A DNA stretch of 64,000 nucleotides from Entomortierella parvispora E1425 (lineage: Eukaryota > Fungi > Mortierellomycota), in NCBI GenBank assembly GCA_020891255.1, contig BQFW01000015.1, positions 620,001 through 684,000 of the forward strand, in the 5' to 3' direction. The notes beneath the pieces were generated by a model. It did not search any database. It worked only from the letters and a program-made list of their open reading frames with translations, and was not told where the DNA came from. Of this stretch, positions 36,801-48,000 are shown piece after piece (positions within the stretch are counted from its first letter, which is position 1; the number at the start of each line of letters is the position of its first letter). The position numbers and the translations under genes were made by a program.

Positions 36801-39528
36801 GTCCTCCTCGAGTTCCTCCTCCTCATCATCCACGTTGACTTCATCATCAGAGTCCATGTCCTCCTTGGGACTCGAGACAGGAGCGGGAGCAGGCGAGTCA
36901 ATGTCCATGTCCATGGGGCCAAGGCTAGACGTGTCAATATCCATATCGGAAAGACCAACAGCAAGTGCGTCAACGTCCATACCGGTTGGACCGGACCCGG
37001 GAGTGTCAGCACTTTTCGTCTTGCTGCCCCTGCGACGACGCGAGCCCTTTTTCTTTTCGATATTCGCCAGCCTCTTCTTGCCTGCATTGTTGATAATGCT
37101 ATCGACGTCGGCATTGGCAATCGCAGTAGCGGCGGCGGCGTCGGCGGCTGCCAAAGCAGTGGCGACATCAGTGTTGGTAGGATCAGCTTCGGCAGCAGTG
37201 CGAGCAATACTGGCCGCGGCTTTGGCAGCTTCAGCGGCGTCCCTCAATTTCTTTGGCAGAAACAAAGCTTCCTTCAAGGGCCGCAAATCCTTGGTGTCGG
37301 TGATGTACAACCCAACGGCATCCTGCCCATGGCGCAACAGCTCGTTGGCGACCCGTGCAATGCGCCGCATGGTCTTGACAACTGCCAGTCTGACATCGTT
37401 TTGGGTCAACTTCCTTAAGGTGTTGTACTTTGTTTTGTTTGAGTGTTCAGCCAACCACGATGCGCTGATCGCCTTGTCAATATTGCTTCCCAGCTGGCCC
37501 ATGTTCAGTGTTTTGCATGCGTGACGACCAGTCAGACTTTTGAGAAAGAACGATTTTCTCAAGGCGCGGTTGCTGGGTGGAGTGGCCGGCTTGGGTGCCT
37601 TTGGAGTCTTTGGAGTCTGCCCAGACTTTCTTGTCGTCTTCTTTTGGCTCTGCTTGGGCTTGGTCTCGGGCTTGGTCGTTGCCTCGGGGTTCTCGGGGTC
37701 TTTGTTTTTTTTGCCATAGTCTGGATCGAATGGCTTGAATGGCTTGAATTCCAGATCCTTTGGCGGATCCCCCAAGGTCGCATTGACCTGCGTGCCTGCG
37801 CCTCCGACAAAGTGAACTTTGATGGCAAACTGTTTGGAAGGCATCTTGTGAAATCCTTTGCTCTTGTACTCGGCCTTGCAGCGCCCAGCACGAATGGCCA
37901 TGTTGTCATCACGTATCAATCGGCGTGCATTGACACTTTGGCGATGGAGACGTTGACGTGCTTGACGCTCTTGACGTGCTCGATCGGGTGTCGCACTGTC
38001 ATCCGGCTTGGGAGAATAGCCTGGGTGTGACGGGTCATCGAGGCGCGGGCACTGAACAGTCTTGAAGCGGTTGTACATCTTTCTCTTGTACTTTTCTACG
38101 CTTGTTCTATTTGCGATCAAAGGTGTCAATGTAGAAAGAAGTGTCAGCAAGATGAGGTTTTCAATCGTGGCTCTGTCTGTATTTGTTCTGACATGATGAC
38201 TTACTGCTGTGTCGACTTTTCCTTTCGGCTTTTGAGTACCTGGCGGCGAATCTTGCCGGCCGCAAGCATGCGCTTCTTCAGGTCGATGACTTTATCTCGC
38301 GTCTGATTCTCCAAGTTTGCTCTTGTGAGCTTTACGTCGTCACTGAGTGGAGTCTCTACGCCATCGATGAATATCCTCTTGGAAGACGCTCGTTGGTTTT
38401 CCTTCATCTCGACATCCGAGGGATCGATTTTTTCAATGGCCTCCTTGACATCCTTGTGTTCGTAGTAATTGTCCAAGATCTTGAGCGCAGCGTCCTTCAC
38501 AGGAACGCCGTCCACAATGATGTCTAACAGAAGGTTGCACGGAGCGTGATTAGTTATTTTGCTTGATGTGAACTCTAGCTTGATGTTTAGTAGAACAAAA
38601 AATGGCCTTGGCTACTTACCTTTTGAGCAAGACTTGATGATACGCGAATTGGTGACAATGCCAAACCCAGCAAGGTTCGCGTTATAGTCCGTTTTGGACA
38701 CACAGCCCAGAACTGTGAACTGAGCCCGTGTCCGCTCCGACTTTGCCAAGAGCTCATCAACATTGTACTGGATATACTTCTTGCCAGAAGGCCGCAGAAG
38801 GATCGGAATCGACGGATGGATGGCATAGTCACAGTCGTTGCCGACTACAACAAACTTTGTCTTTGCGATAACCAGCTCCTTGGCTCGACGAACAATTGCG
38901 AGGTCGGCCTCACCGTCGACCAGCTTGACGTACTTCTGGGCGGCGGTATCGAAATGCTGCTTCAGCTGGTGATCGTTCAGAGTTTCTAAACCAACGTTAA
39001 CCTCATCTCTGATGCGTCGTCTCGCCTGCACATGGCGCGGAGATTGTTCTAGTGTCCGTCCAAGCTGATAGTCATTCATGAAACGATCCGCCAATTGTGA
39101 TGCCATCTGCTTGCTAAGCTTGTCCTTAAAGTCGTAGGTGAGGGATGTGCAAGACCTTAATAGCTTTGTGCAGGTCCTGTAGTCGGTCTTGTTGGTACTC
39201 TTTCCGACGGCAGCTCTATCCTCCATCTCTTTAACAATGGATTCCGCACTGTCTAGATCGGCCTGGTTGTCACGTCGCGCCATGCTTGTTGCATGCTTCT
39301 CTTTGTTGCCATGGCGTCGATAAAGAACTCGACGTTGGGAGCATTGAACTTGTTCAGGATCCAAATGGCGGCGAACCCTTCTGGCTTGCCCATCTTGCTG
39401 TTGTAGACCGAGCGAACGAGAAATGGGTAAAACGAACCGACATCGACGAGGATCTTGCAGTCTGGCAGATCGACTTTGGGGAGCTCCTTTGCTGTACCAA
39501 CGACCGCCAAAAGGCCAGGGCCACCCAT
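33839..39528 (-). CDS. FEN1/XPG-like PIN nuclease fused to TnpB/Fanzor-type RuvC-ZnF nuclease, about 1,740 aa; exons 39528-38620, 38523-38205, 38106-35211, 35084-34673, 34569-34021, 33966-33839; one missing base near 39314
   Basis: All five GT-AG introns join the ORF fragments in correct phase (5214 nt with one base restored). N-terminus: MGGPGL, ILVDVG, FID[G], GEAD, GNDCD, SKTDY...GFG. C-terminus: GAIDLG, VISIG, LPEYYTSRRCPKC, CVRC, HRDLLAASN. The last two exons (low-complexity tail) are less certain. Confidence 0.82.
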
Positions 39529-40412
39529 TTTAGAAGAGCGACGCTGTGGTAAAAAAAAAAAAGCCTTTCTGATCAGATTCTTGCACCCTTGATATGAACA
39601 ACGTCAAGGGGCTACTCATTCGCACTTGCTTCACAGTACCTGGTGTTGGCAGCAAACGAGGGTGGTAGCTTGGAGTAGACTTTTTCAAAGGTCGAGGGCA
39701 GGCAGCGAGATGGCGGAGAGGTGCTATGACAGAAACCGTGTGAGTGTATTGCTCCCTTACACCGGATTAAAGCAGGCAAACAGCGCGAGTAAAGCCTACC
39801 TTTGCACGGCGTCGAGACAATATCTTTGTAGGGAGATACGTGAGGGGAGAGTCTTGGGAGAAGGAGCGTGGATGGTTGTGGATGCGGATGCGTTGGAAGG
39901 GTGTATCAAGAGTGCACGTCGAAGAGAGAGTAGGAATGAGAAAGGGAAAAAAAGAGGCAAAATAATAACCAAGGTGGGGTACGATGATGGATGATGATGG
40001 ATGTTGATATCCGCGTAGTCATCAGTAAAAGTGGACCACACCCCGCTGGCCCGTTTCCACAACCAGCTATTGTTTTCTTTGAGGGCATGTTGGCCAGATA
40101 GAAAACAGCAGACATACGCTGCGCCATCACCACCGGTATCGTGTATGAGGGTAGCTCCCAGCTGGATATTGACAAGGGGCCCCCCTTCACTCAGATAAAC
40201 CAAACGGGGTGCAACAAAGGATGCATTCACTCAACGCTGTGAAATGATTCACAGGTGTTCAATATTTTCAAAACAGTGACTGTAGATTATCCTGGGCAAA
40301 TAAGTACACCCAGCCAATGTGAATATATCACGTGATCTATATTGGGGGTCAGCTACTGGGCCACAAACGCCACCTGCTTACAACAACATTGTTCATTCTC
40401 TCACCTTGCACA

Positions 40413-41707
40413 ATGTCAGGACTACAGGATTCATTGCCAAGCTCAACACAGGAGGCGGTCTTTGTGGCCTCTACGCAGATGCCAGAGGACTCAGTTGTGA
40501 TCAAAGGCCCCGATTTCAACCAAACGCTGTCTCTGGACGCTCTCCTTTCGACGTTTATTACCTCTGGATTCCAAGCCTCTGCGATCGGGAAGGCAATTGA
40601 AATCATCAATGAGATGCGCAGATGGCGCCTCTCAGACGATCCGCTTCCTACATTCAATACTCCCGAGGAGCAAGCAGCCGTTGATCCTGAGCTGCTGGAT
40701 CCAGAATATAGAAAGTCGATCAAATGCAAGATTTTTCTGGGCTATACCTCTAACCTCGTTTCGTCAGGTGTAAGAGAGATCATACGCTTTTTGGTCCAGC
40801 ATCGGTTAGTTGACTGTCTGGTCTCATCAGCAGGGGGAATTGAGGAGGATTTCATCAAATGCCTTGCACCTACATACCTGGGAGAATTTGCACTCGAGGG
40901 TGCCAAGCTTCGGAAACAGGGGCTGAATCGAATCGGAAATTTGCTAGTTCCCAACGATAACTACTGTAAATTCGAGGACTGGGTTGTGCCAATTTTGGAT
41001 AAAATGCTGGAAGAGCAAAGAGACGAAGCCATCAAAGAACACTGGACCCCTAGCAAAGTCATTCGGAGGTTAGGTCAGGAGATTGGCCATGAAGAGTCGA
41101 TCTATTACTGGGCATACAAGGTGAAGATCGAGAGGGACTCAAGAAACCCAACTGTGAACCAGAACTTACTCATCAGTGATTATTGGTGTTTTCTTATCTA
41201 GAATGACATTCCAGTTTTTTGTCCCGCTTTGACTGACGGTTCGTTGGGCGACATGATTTATTTCCACTCATACAAGAGTCCAGGTCTAATTATTGATATT
41301 GTTTCGGACATTCGTGCCATGAACAACCAAGCTGTTTTTGCGAAGAAGACCGGCATCATCATCCTTGGAGGGGGAGTTGTCAAGCATCATATTTGCAATG
41401 CCAATCTCATGGTAAACCTTACTCCAAACTCACCCTTTTTTAAATGTAGTTGATCGACAGAGACCGACAAGCGTACTAACAGTCAAAAAATATCTTTCTG
41501 CGATAGCGAAATGGGGCTGATTACGCCGTTTTTATCAACACTGGCCAAGAGTTTGACGGCAGTGATGCAGGAGCTCGCCCTGACGAGGCTGTCTCGTGGG
41601 GAAAGATCCGATTAGATGCAAAGTCGGTTAAGGTCTACGCCGATGCCACAATTGTATTCCCTCTCATTGTTTCACAAACGTTCGCCAAAGAGCAGCAATA
41701 CATTTGA
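40413..41707 (+). CDS. DYS1: Deoxyhypusine synthase; exons 40413-41120, 41202-41411, 41507-41707
   Basis: [71 protein letters not shown]. Confidence 0.96.
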
Positions 41708-41719
41708 GCTTAGAATACT

Positions 41720-42080
41720 TACATAATTTGAGCTGAGACTCAATTCCGCACCAGTCGAAGTCGATCTGGTGTTTGAACCAGGTGGGTTGCTTTGGGTCAT
41801 AGGGCGGGAGCGTGGCTCGGTCCTCTGGGTCCGATGTGACGAGAACATAGCCCGCCAATGCAGTATTTGTGTCCCGTCCTCTTTGGGTGTATCCCACCTT
41901 GTATGATTCGCAATCAGGGTTGGTGCATTTGATAGCACCATGGACACGAACCAGTCTCATCTCCCCATCCTTCTTTCTCCGTGCTCGCGCAAAACGGACC
42001 AACTGGAAACAAACTGGGCAAGTTTGGGACGACTTGTGCTTGCATTAAAAAAGACGTAATTGATGAGTGGCTTTTCATGG
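41720..42080 (-). pseudogene. Truncated 3' fragment of a second Fanzor/TnpB-like gene
   Basis: RVHGAIKCTNPDC...GRDTN[deletion]ALAG...LPPY resembles the second Cys pair plus RuvC-III (RDxNAAxN) region; a decayed (T/A)SQVxPNC-like stretch with frameshifts near 42010-42050; no N-terminal part. Limits are approximate. Confidence 0.6.
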
Positions 42081-42195
42081 CATTGTTCAATCTCAATGGA
42101 ATTAAGCACATTACCCTCCCTTCCCCGCAACTTCTCTCCTACCAACATTTCTCCTCTGTCAACAGTAATAACACGATAGTATCCATCATTCAGTC

Positions 42196-43042
42196 ATGAG
42201 CTCCTCTTCGAATTCCGCTTCAATGACGAAAGACCTTTTATCATATGCTTCTTCAAGGACGTTACAGCAACCAACTACGACTGCAACTCCAGGCAAAGCC
42301 ATGCCGATTGATGACAAGCGGATATACGTTGGCAATCTTGACCCAGCCGTTGACGAGTAAAGTTCCAATCCTTTAGTATCATGAGAGGCTAATCTAGCTC
42401 TCTGGCACTGACATTCTTGCATCACCCAGGTACATGGTTTTGAAGCTGTTTTCACCTTTTGGCAAGATCACCAAGCTGGATTTCATGTTTCACTGGAGTG
42501 GACCTAAGAAGGGCACTCCTCGGGGGTATTGCTTCCTTGAATTTGAAAAAGCATCCCAGGCAACTGATGCGACCAAGGCAATGAACCGCAAGGTTGTCAA
42601 GTTACGACCCCTAAGTGTTTCGCTCGCTAATGTGGTAGGTAGCAGTTGTCATTCTCTAGCATTTGAAAGACACCTGCTTGTCGGTTAAAACATACTTTGT
42701 TTGTAGGCACCCCCTTCTTCGGACTCGGAGCACCTTGGAAGGAAACGGCTACTTGACCCGAATAGACCTACTGCTTTTTCGTTACTGAAATCAGGTGCTC
42801 TCAAGAACGCCTCCACAAATGAAAAGATCCGGGCAATGGAGCGGAAACTCGCTGAGATGTCAGCCCCCCCAGTGTCTACTACACCCGAGCTGCCGATTCA
42901 TTCCTCTTTACCTATCAAGCCTAAGGTGACATCTTCTGGGACAGGCAAATCCAACTCATCTACGTCCTCTTCAGCTCGAAGTCCAGCGCCTGCGCATGGA
43001 AATCGATCGACAACTGGTCGCACAAGACACCAACCCTACTAA
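42196..43042 (+). CDS. RBM18: RBM18-like single-RRM RNA-binding protein, 3 exons
   Basis: KRIYVGNLDPAVDEYMVLKLFSPFGKITKLDFMFHWSGPKKGTPRGYCFLEFE matches the RBM18 RRM pattern. Confidence 0.85.
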
Positions 43043-45050
43043 AAAGCGATTTTCCAATTTCTCTGAGTCACGTGACTACTATATAAGCATTGTATTTTAT
43101 TTTTTTTGGCTCTCTTTTTTCTCTTCTCAAAGTTTTGGGACATGGTCATTCTGACTTCGTCTCGAGAAGGAGAGGGAACAAAAACCACCAACACGGGTGA
43201 ACTCTTTTTTATTTATTTTTTTATTTTTACAAAATGTAAACAAAGAAAGCACGCCGGGCCTGAGGCTTGTTTGAGCATGGCCCAAGGTCCACAGCGGACA
43301 GTACACGCACTAGGTGTTTCTACCAGTCTATGTCTTTCTGTTCCTGTCGCCGTCTTTATTATCTTTTCGTCACCCCTTGTTAAAACTTCACTTGTAGTCT
43401 GCCTTTCCTTCCCAATCATTCCCTCGACGAACCTCTACCTTTGTCTTTGTTACCTCCTCAGGATAAGCACGGCATTCTCGGGACGCTATATCTTGCGCGA
43501 GCAATTGAAGGGCGAATATCAACAGCACGGTGCTCATTCTTTTGGTAACATGCGAACCATGGCGCAATTGGACATGGTGCAATTGCTTGGGGATGATTAA
43601 TCCATTTCAAAGCGTCATCTTTATCAAAAGGGTCTTCATTACATACAACCACCCAAACACACTCCTCCTCTTAAATTAATACGACCTTACCATAACCGAC
43701 ACCAGACAAGACGACGCACGACCTCTTACAGCCATATCCTTCACAGGACCGTTTTCCTTTATCTCTTCCTCCTTCCCCTTTTATTTTATTTTATTTTATT
43801 TTTTCTCCTCTACCCTTTTGGCTATTGCGGTCCAGACACGCGCTCTGAAATTGACGTTCTTTGCTGTCCCAAATGCCATGGTTCTAGTCCTAGGGTTCTT
43901 GGTTATCGACCCTTGTCGTTCGTCCAAGAATTCACGCGCCTGTTTCACAAGAAAGAGAAAAAAACTAGACGTCATGAGCGACAATAACAGGGACAGGGGC
44001 AACGACAGGGACAAGGCAAGGGTGACGGATCAGACTGCAGAGTCAAGCAGCAACACATCTCTGGCCAGCAACATGGATTCTGATCTAGTCTTTGACCCGA
44101 GGTTGCTGTTTCTGGATCATAGTCATAGCCATGTTCAGACAGCTCCAAGGGCGCAACAAGCGTACAGAGGCAGAAGTCCCGGGTTAGCGCCACCCGACAG
44201 AGCCAGAGACAGGTTAGTGGTTTTATCTTTATCCATTGCTCGATTCTGCACACAACTGGTGAGAGAGGTAGGGTTAGTTGGCTATCTGAATGTCGATGTG
44301 GATGCATGTGGCGACAAGTGGGCAGAAGGAGGGGCGCCCCCTTGCTGGCAGTCGGTACTTGCAGGTTCAGCAAGAGCAGAGCAATGGAACAGAGCTGGTC
44401 CCTCTCCTCTCGCCTTTTTTATATTTTCCCTCGCCTTTTTGAGTTTCGTAGTTGGTTTTCCCTCTCTTTTTTTCTGTCTCTGTCTGCCTGCTCACTTGCC
44501 TTTCTTGAGCTGACCTGGTCTGGCAGGACATTTGGGCGTTTAATCCCTGATTAGCATTTGCGTCTGCATTTGCTTGGGTTGCATAGTGCAGTCCATTGTG
44601 CATTGAGGGAATCATCATCTGTCTGCTGGAAGGAAGAGAGAGGGAGGCAAAGAGCAGGGCCAGCCCAGGGGAGAGAGGCAGAGAGACAGACAGAAAAGAA
44701 GCGGAAACAAAAACCAACAAACGCACGCGACGGAGAACAGCAGACACAGGGACTCTTCTCTCCTCCTTCGCAGACTGAATGAGCTCCTTCTTTTCCCTCC
44801 TTCATCAAGGTCACCTTCACTCATCTCATCTCCCTCTCTACTTCTCTACTCCTCTTGTCTTCGCTCCGCCTCTCTCCTCCCTTCTCTCGTCCTCTGTCAA
44901 CTTTCTTGTCCTTTTCTTTCTCTTTTTTGTATTTTGTATTTTTTTTTATTTTTATTTGTATTTTTTTTTTGACCCCACCCTTCCCCCCCCTCCCTCGGGC
45001 TACATTCACTCCTTCATTCCCCCAGGTCCCGCCATGCTCCCGATCTGCGA

Positions 45051-48000
45051 ATGTTTGAGCCAATTCCTCCTTCCAACCTGCTAAAGATCTACAAGGGCTG
45101 CTCCAACTGTCGGACCCAAAAGATAAAATGCAATGGACTCGAGCCCTGCTCGCGATGTCGCGCCTTTGGCCTCCAATGCCAGTACATTGTCCTTCCTAAT
45201 CAAGCGGCCCATCGTCTTGCTGCCATTACCGCCACTCCATCCGCTTCCACCTCTTCGTCAGACCCTTCTTTTCTCGCAGCAGCAATGACCTCAGACAGTC
45301 CTCAATCTCCCTCGGTCATGCCTCTATTGATGTTGCCATCAAGTACAGTCCCTTCCTCTACTTCGACCATGTTCTTGACAGCAATCCAATCCAGTCTATC
45401 TTCTGCCGCTAACCAAGCGAGACCGCAGTCTATCAGTAAGTGAAGCGCGCTCTTTGTTTCCCTATTTTCCATGCTCCCACGGAATATGCACCGCGGATCA
45501 CTGTAACTCTTAGTGCAGCAGCACAGCACTCCACTGCACCGTGCAGGACTGGGGTAATTCGACTCGAGCCTAGATGCTCCTCCCTCCTTTTCGTGCCCTC
45601 CCTTTCTGGCAAATCTTCTTTTGCTCTCGGGTCAAGAGCAAAGGTGTCCGTCACCCCCCCGTTGTTTGTCGTCTCATTGGCGCCGTTTTCGATTGGCTAA
45701 AGTGCAGTGCGGTTGGGCTTCGACTCTGCAACGCAACGAGCACACTCTCCAGTTGTCCTCTGCTGCCTCTTTCGCTATATTTTCTTGTCTAAAGGCGGGG
45801 TGACCAGCAAAAATCTAATTCTTGTCCGACAAAGCAAATATGTTTCTATTTTTTTTTTTTTGTTTTGCGCACCCACCACTATTGCCATGTCAACACTGCA
45901 TGGCAACACTGCCGACGTTTAAAAGCCCTCTGGGCAATTCGTGGAGCGGCCCTCCAGATTTGTGTCTGTGCACCACTCCCACATCCACAAACATATTTCC
46001 CACAAATGCACACAGACTTGCACACAAACAAAAACTTTTTTGACGCGTACTGGCACTCTTGTACATACACCACCATTCAGCTCTTTCTCTACCCTTCTCC
46101 TTTCTCCTACCAACGCTGCCCTTCTTCAATCATCCGCGACCCAACTCATGGTGGATTCCTCACCTTCCTTTCGAAAATACTGTGTGTATGTGATACTGTT
46201 TATCACTGCTTTGATTGTCAAGCCAACAGCGGGGGTTGACTGGAAGTACTTTGGAAATACACCTTTTTTATTTCTTGCCAGAAACTCGAAGAGGAGTGTG
46301 GGATGAATGGGAAGATGGAGCAACTCGCCAGTGCAGCACCCCGGGGAAGAAAATTTGTTTGTTATTTTTCCAGTCAAAGGACGATTCCGCTTCAGATGTT
46401 AAATCGACTCCTCTGCTAACAGTGCCTTCTGTTGTGTCCTGCTCCGTTTGTAGAAAAGAAGCGAAGTCCGGAAAGTGCTTCGCGCAAACGGTCCCCTCGC
46501 GATAAAGCTCCTGAAGCCGAGCCTCCTTTCGTCAATGCTCCAGCCATTGTGACGTCGCTGTCATCTCGCACCTTCTCTCCTAGCACGTTGGCATTCGCCC
46601 AGTCCTTGTCTGGGATACCCAATACTATTCTTCACTCAATGATTGAGGCTACGGACCCCACACTGTACGCGTACAAAGGGCCTCCTCGACCGGATGAGGT
46701 CCATCCAAGCTCGGAGACAATGCGACATCTTGTAGAGCTTTATATCCGATACATGCATCCTGTTCATCGCTTCGTAGATGAGCGACATCCGAATTTCTGG
46801 AGTCGGCTGGACCGACCTATGGAACCCGAGGAAGCATTGATTGTTTACGCAATGTGCACCATCGGGGCATTATTTTTGAGCAAGACTGCTGGTACAGGGC
46901 ATCTAGATGATCTTGTGTACGAGTTCTATCGCCGGACTTGGACCATCAAGGACCAACTACCTCAGGATCTTCTCACCATCCAGACCTATCTGATCATGAT
47001 GCCTTTTTTCATCGTGGCGAGTCAGACAGAAGAGGGCACCAAAGCGCAATTCCTGACTCTGGAGATCGCCAAAAAAATCAGCCTGGGGGAACAGGTCCAA
47101 AAACTTGCAACTCAAGGGCGATTGTCAACGGCAAGCAAACTTCTTCGTAACACCTGGCGAGGGGTAGTTTGGATGGAGGTCTTGGTACACCTGACCACAT
47201 TGCAAACGGTTAAGATTGATGTAGGTATACCATTGTTAGATGTGCGAGTTCTACTCCAATATTCAAGTAATACTTCTTTGCATCTGGACTAACAACCTGC
47301 ATTATACCTGAACAACAGCCGCTCAAAGACCTAAAAAGTCCCGCTCTTGATGTTCGCCCAGAAGAGGCACCCAACTCAAAGACGAGTGCATTGGACCAGA
47401 TGTACTATTATCTTTGTACCCTCCTCAAGATCCTCCAAAGTATCACACGGATTAGGCTTCCCATGTTGCCCCGCGACCTTTATATGGTCACTGCCATCCT
47501 GGATGCCTTTTCTTCCTGGCACAGATCTCTGCCCAAACGACTGCGATGTCAATCTACATCAAAGTCGCCCTCCTCCTCCTCCTCATCATCATCATCATCG
47601 TCGTCGTCGTCGTCATCATCATCTACCTCATCAACAGCATGCTCGACTTCAACTATCTCGTCCCCTACTTCATCATCTGCCTCAGCAACCTCATCTTCGT
47701 CAAAGACCACCTCGGAGCCGTTTCCATCATATGCGTCAGTCCTAGACCTGTACTATCGCCTAGGTCAAATATTTGTCCTTAACAGTTTGCCGTTTTCAAA
47801 CCGATCGAGTCCAACTGGCCTTGGACCTCGACGAGAGTCTCCCCTGCGCACATTAGCTACAAGTGCTAATGGCATCACGGCGACCATAAGTGACATGATC
47901 AAAGAGCCCGACATGAGACACTATTGTCTAGGGTTGGGGATGCGCTGCTTAACCGAAGCCGCGACAATTCAGTTGTTCAATTCCATGGTTCTCGATCCTG

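Noticed and set aside
43100-45050. ORFs in the CT/AG-rich region upstream of the Zn2Cys6 gene
   Set aside because: Compositional artefacts of pyrimidine and purine tracts; no domain signal.
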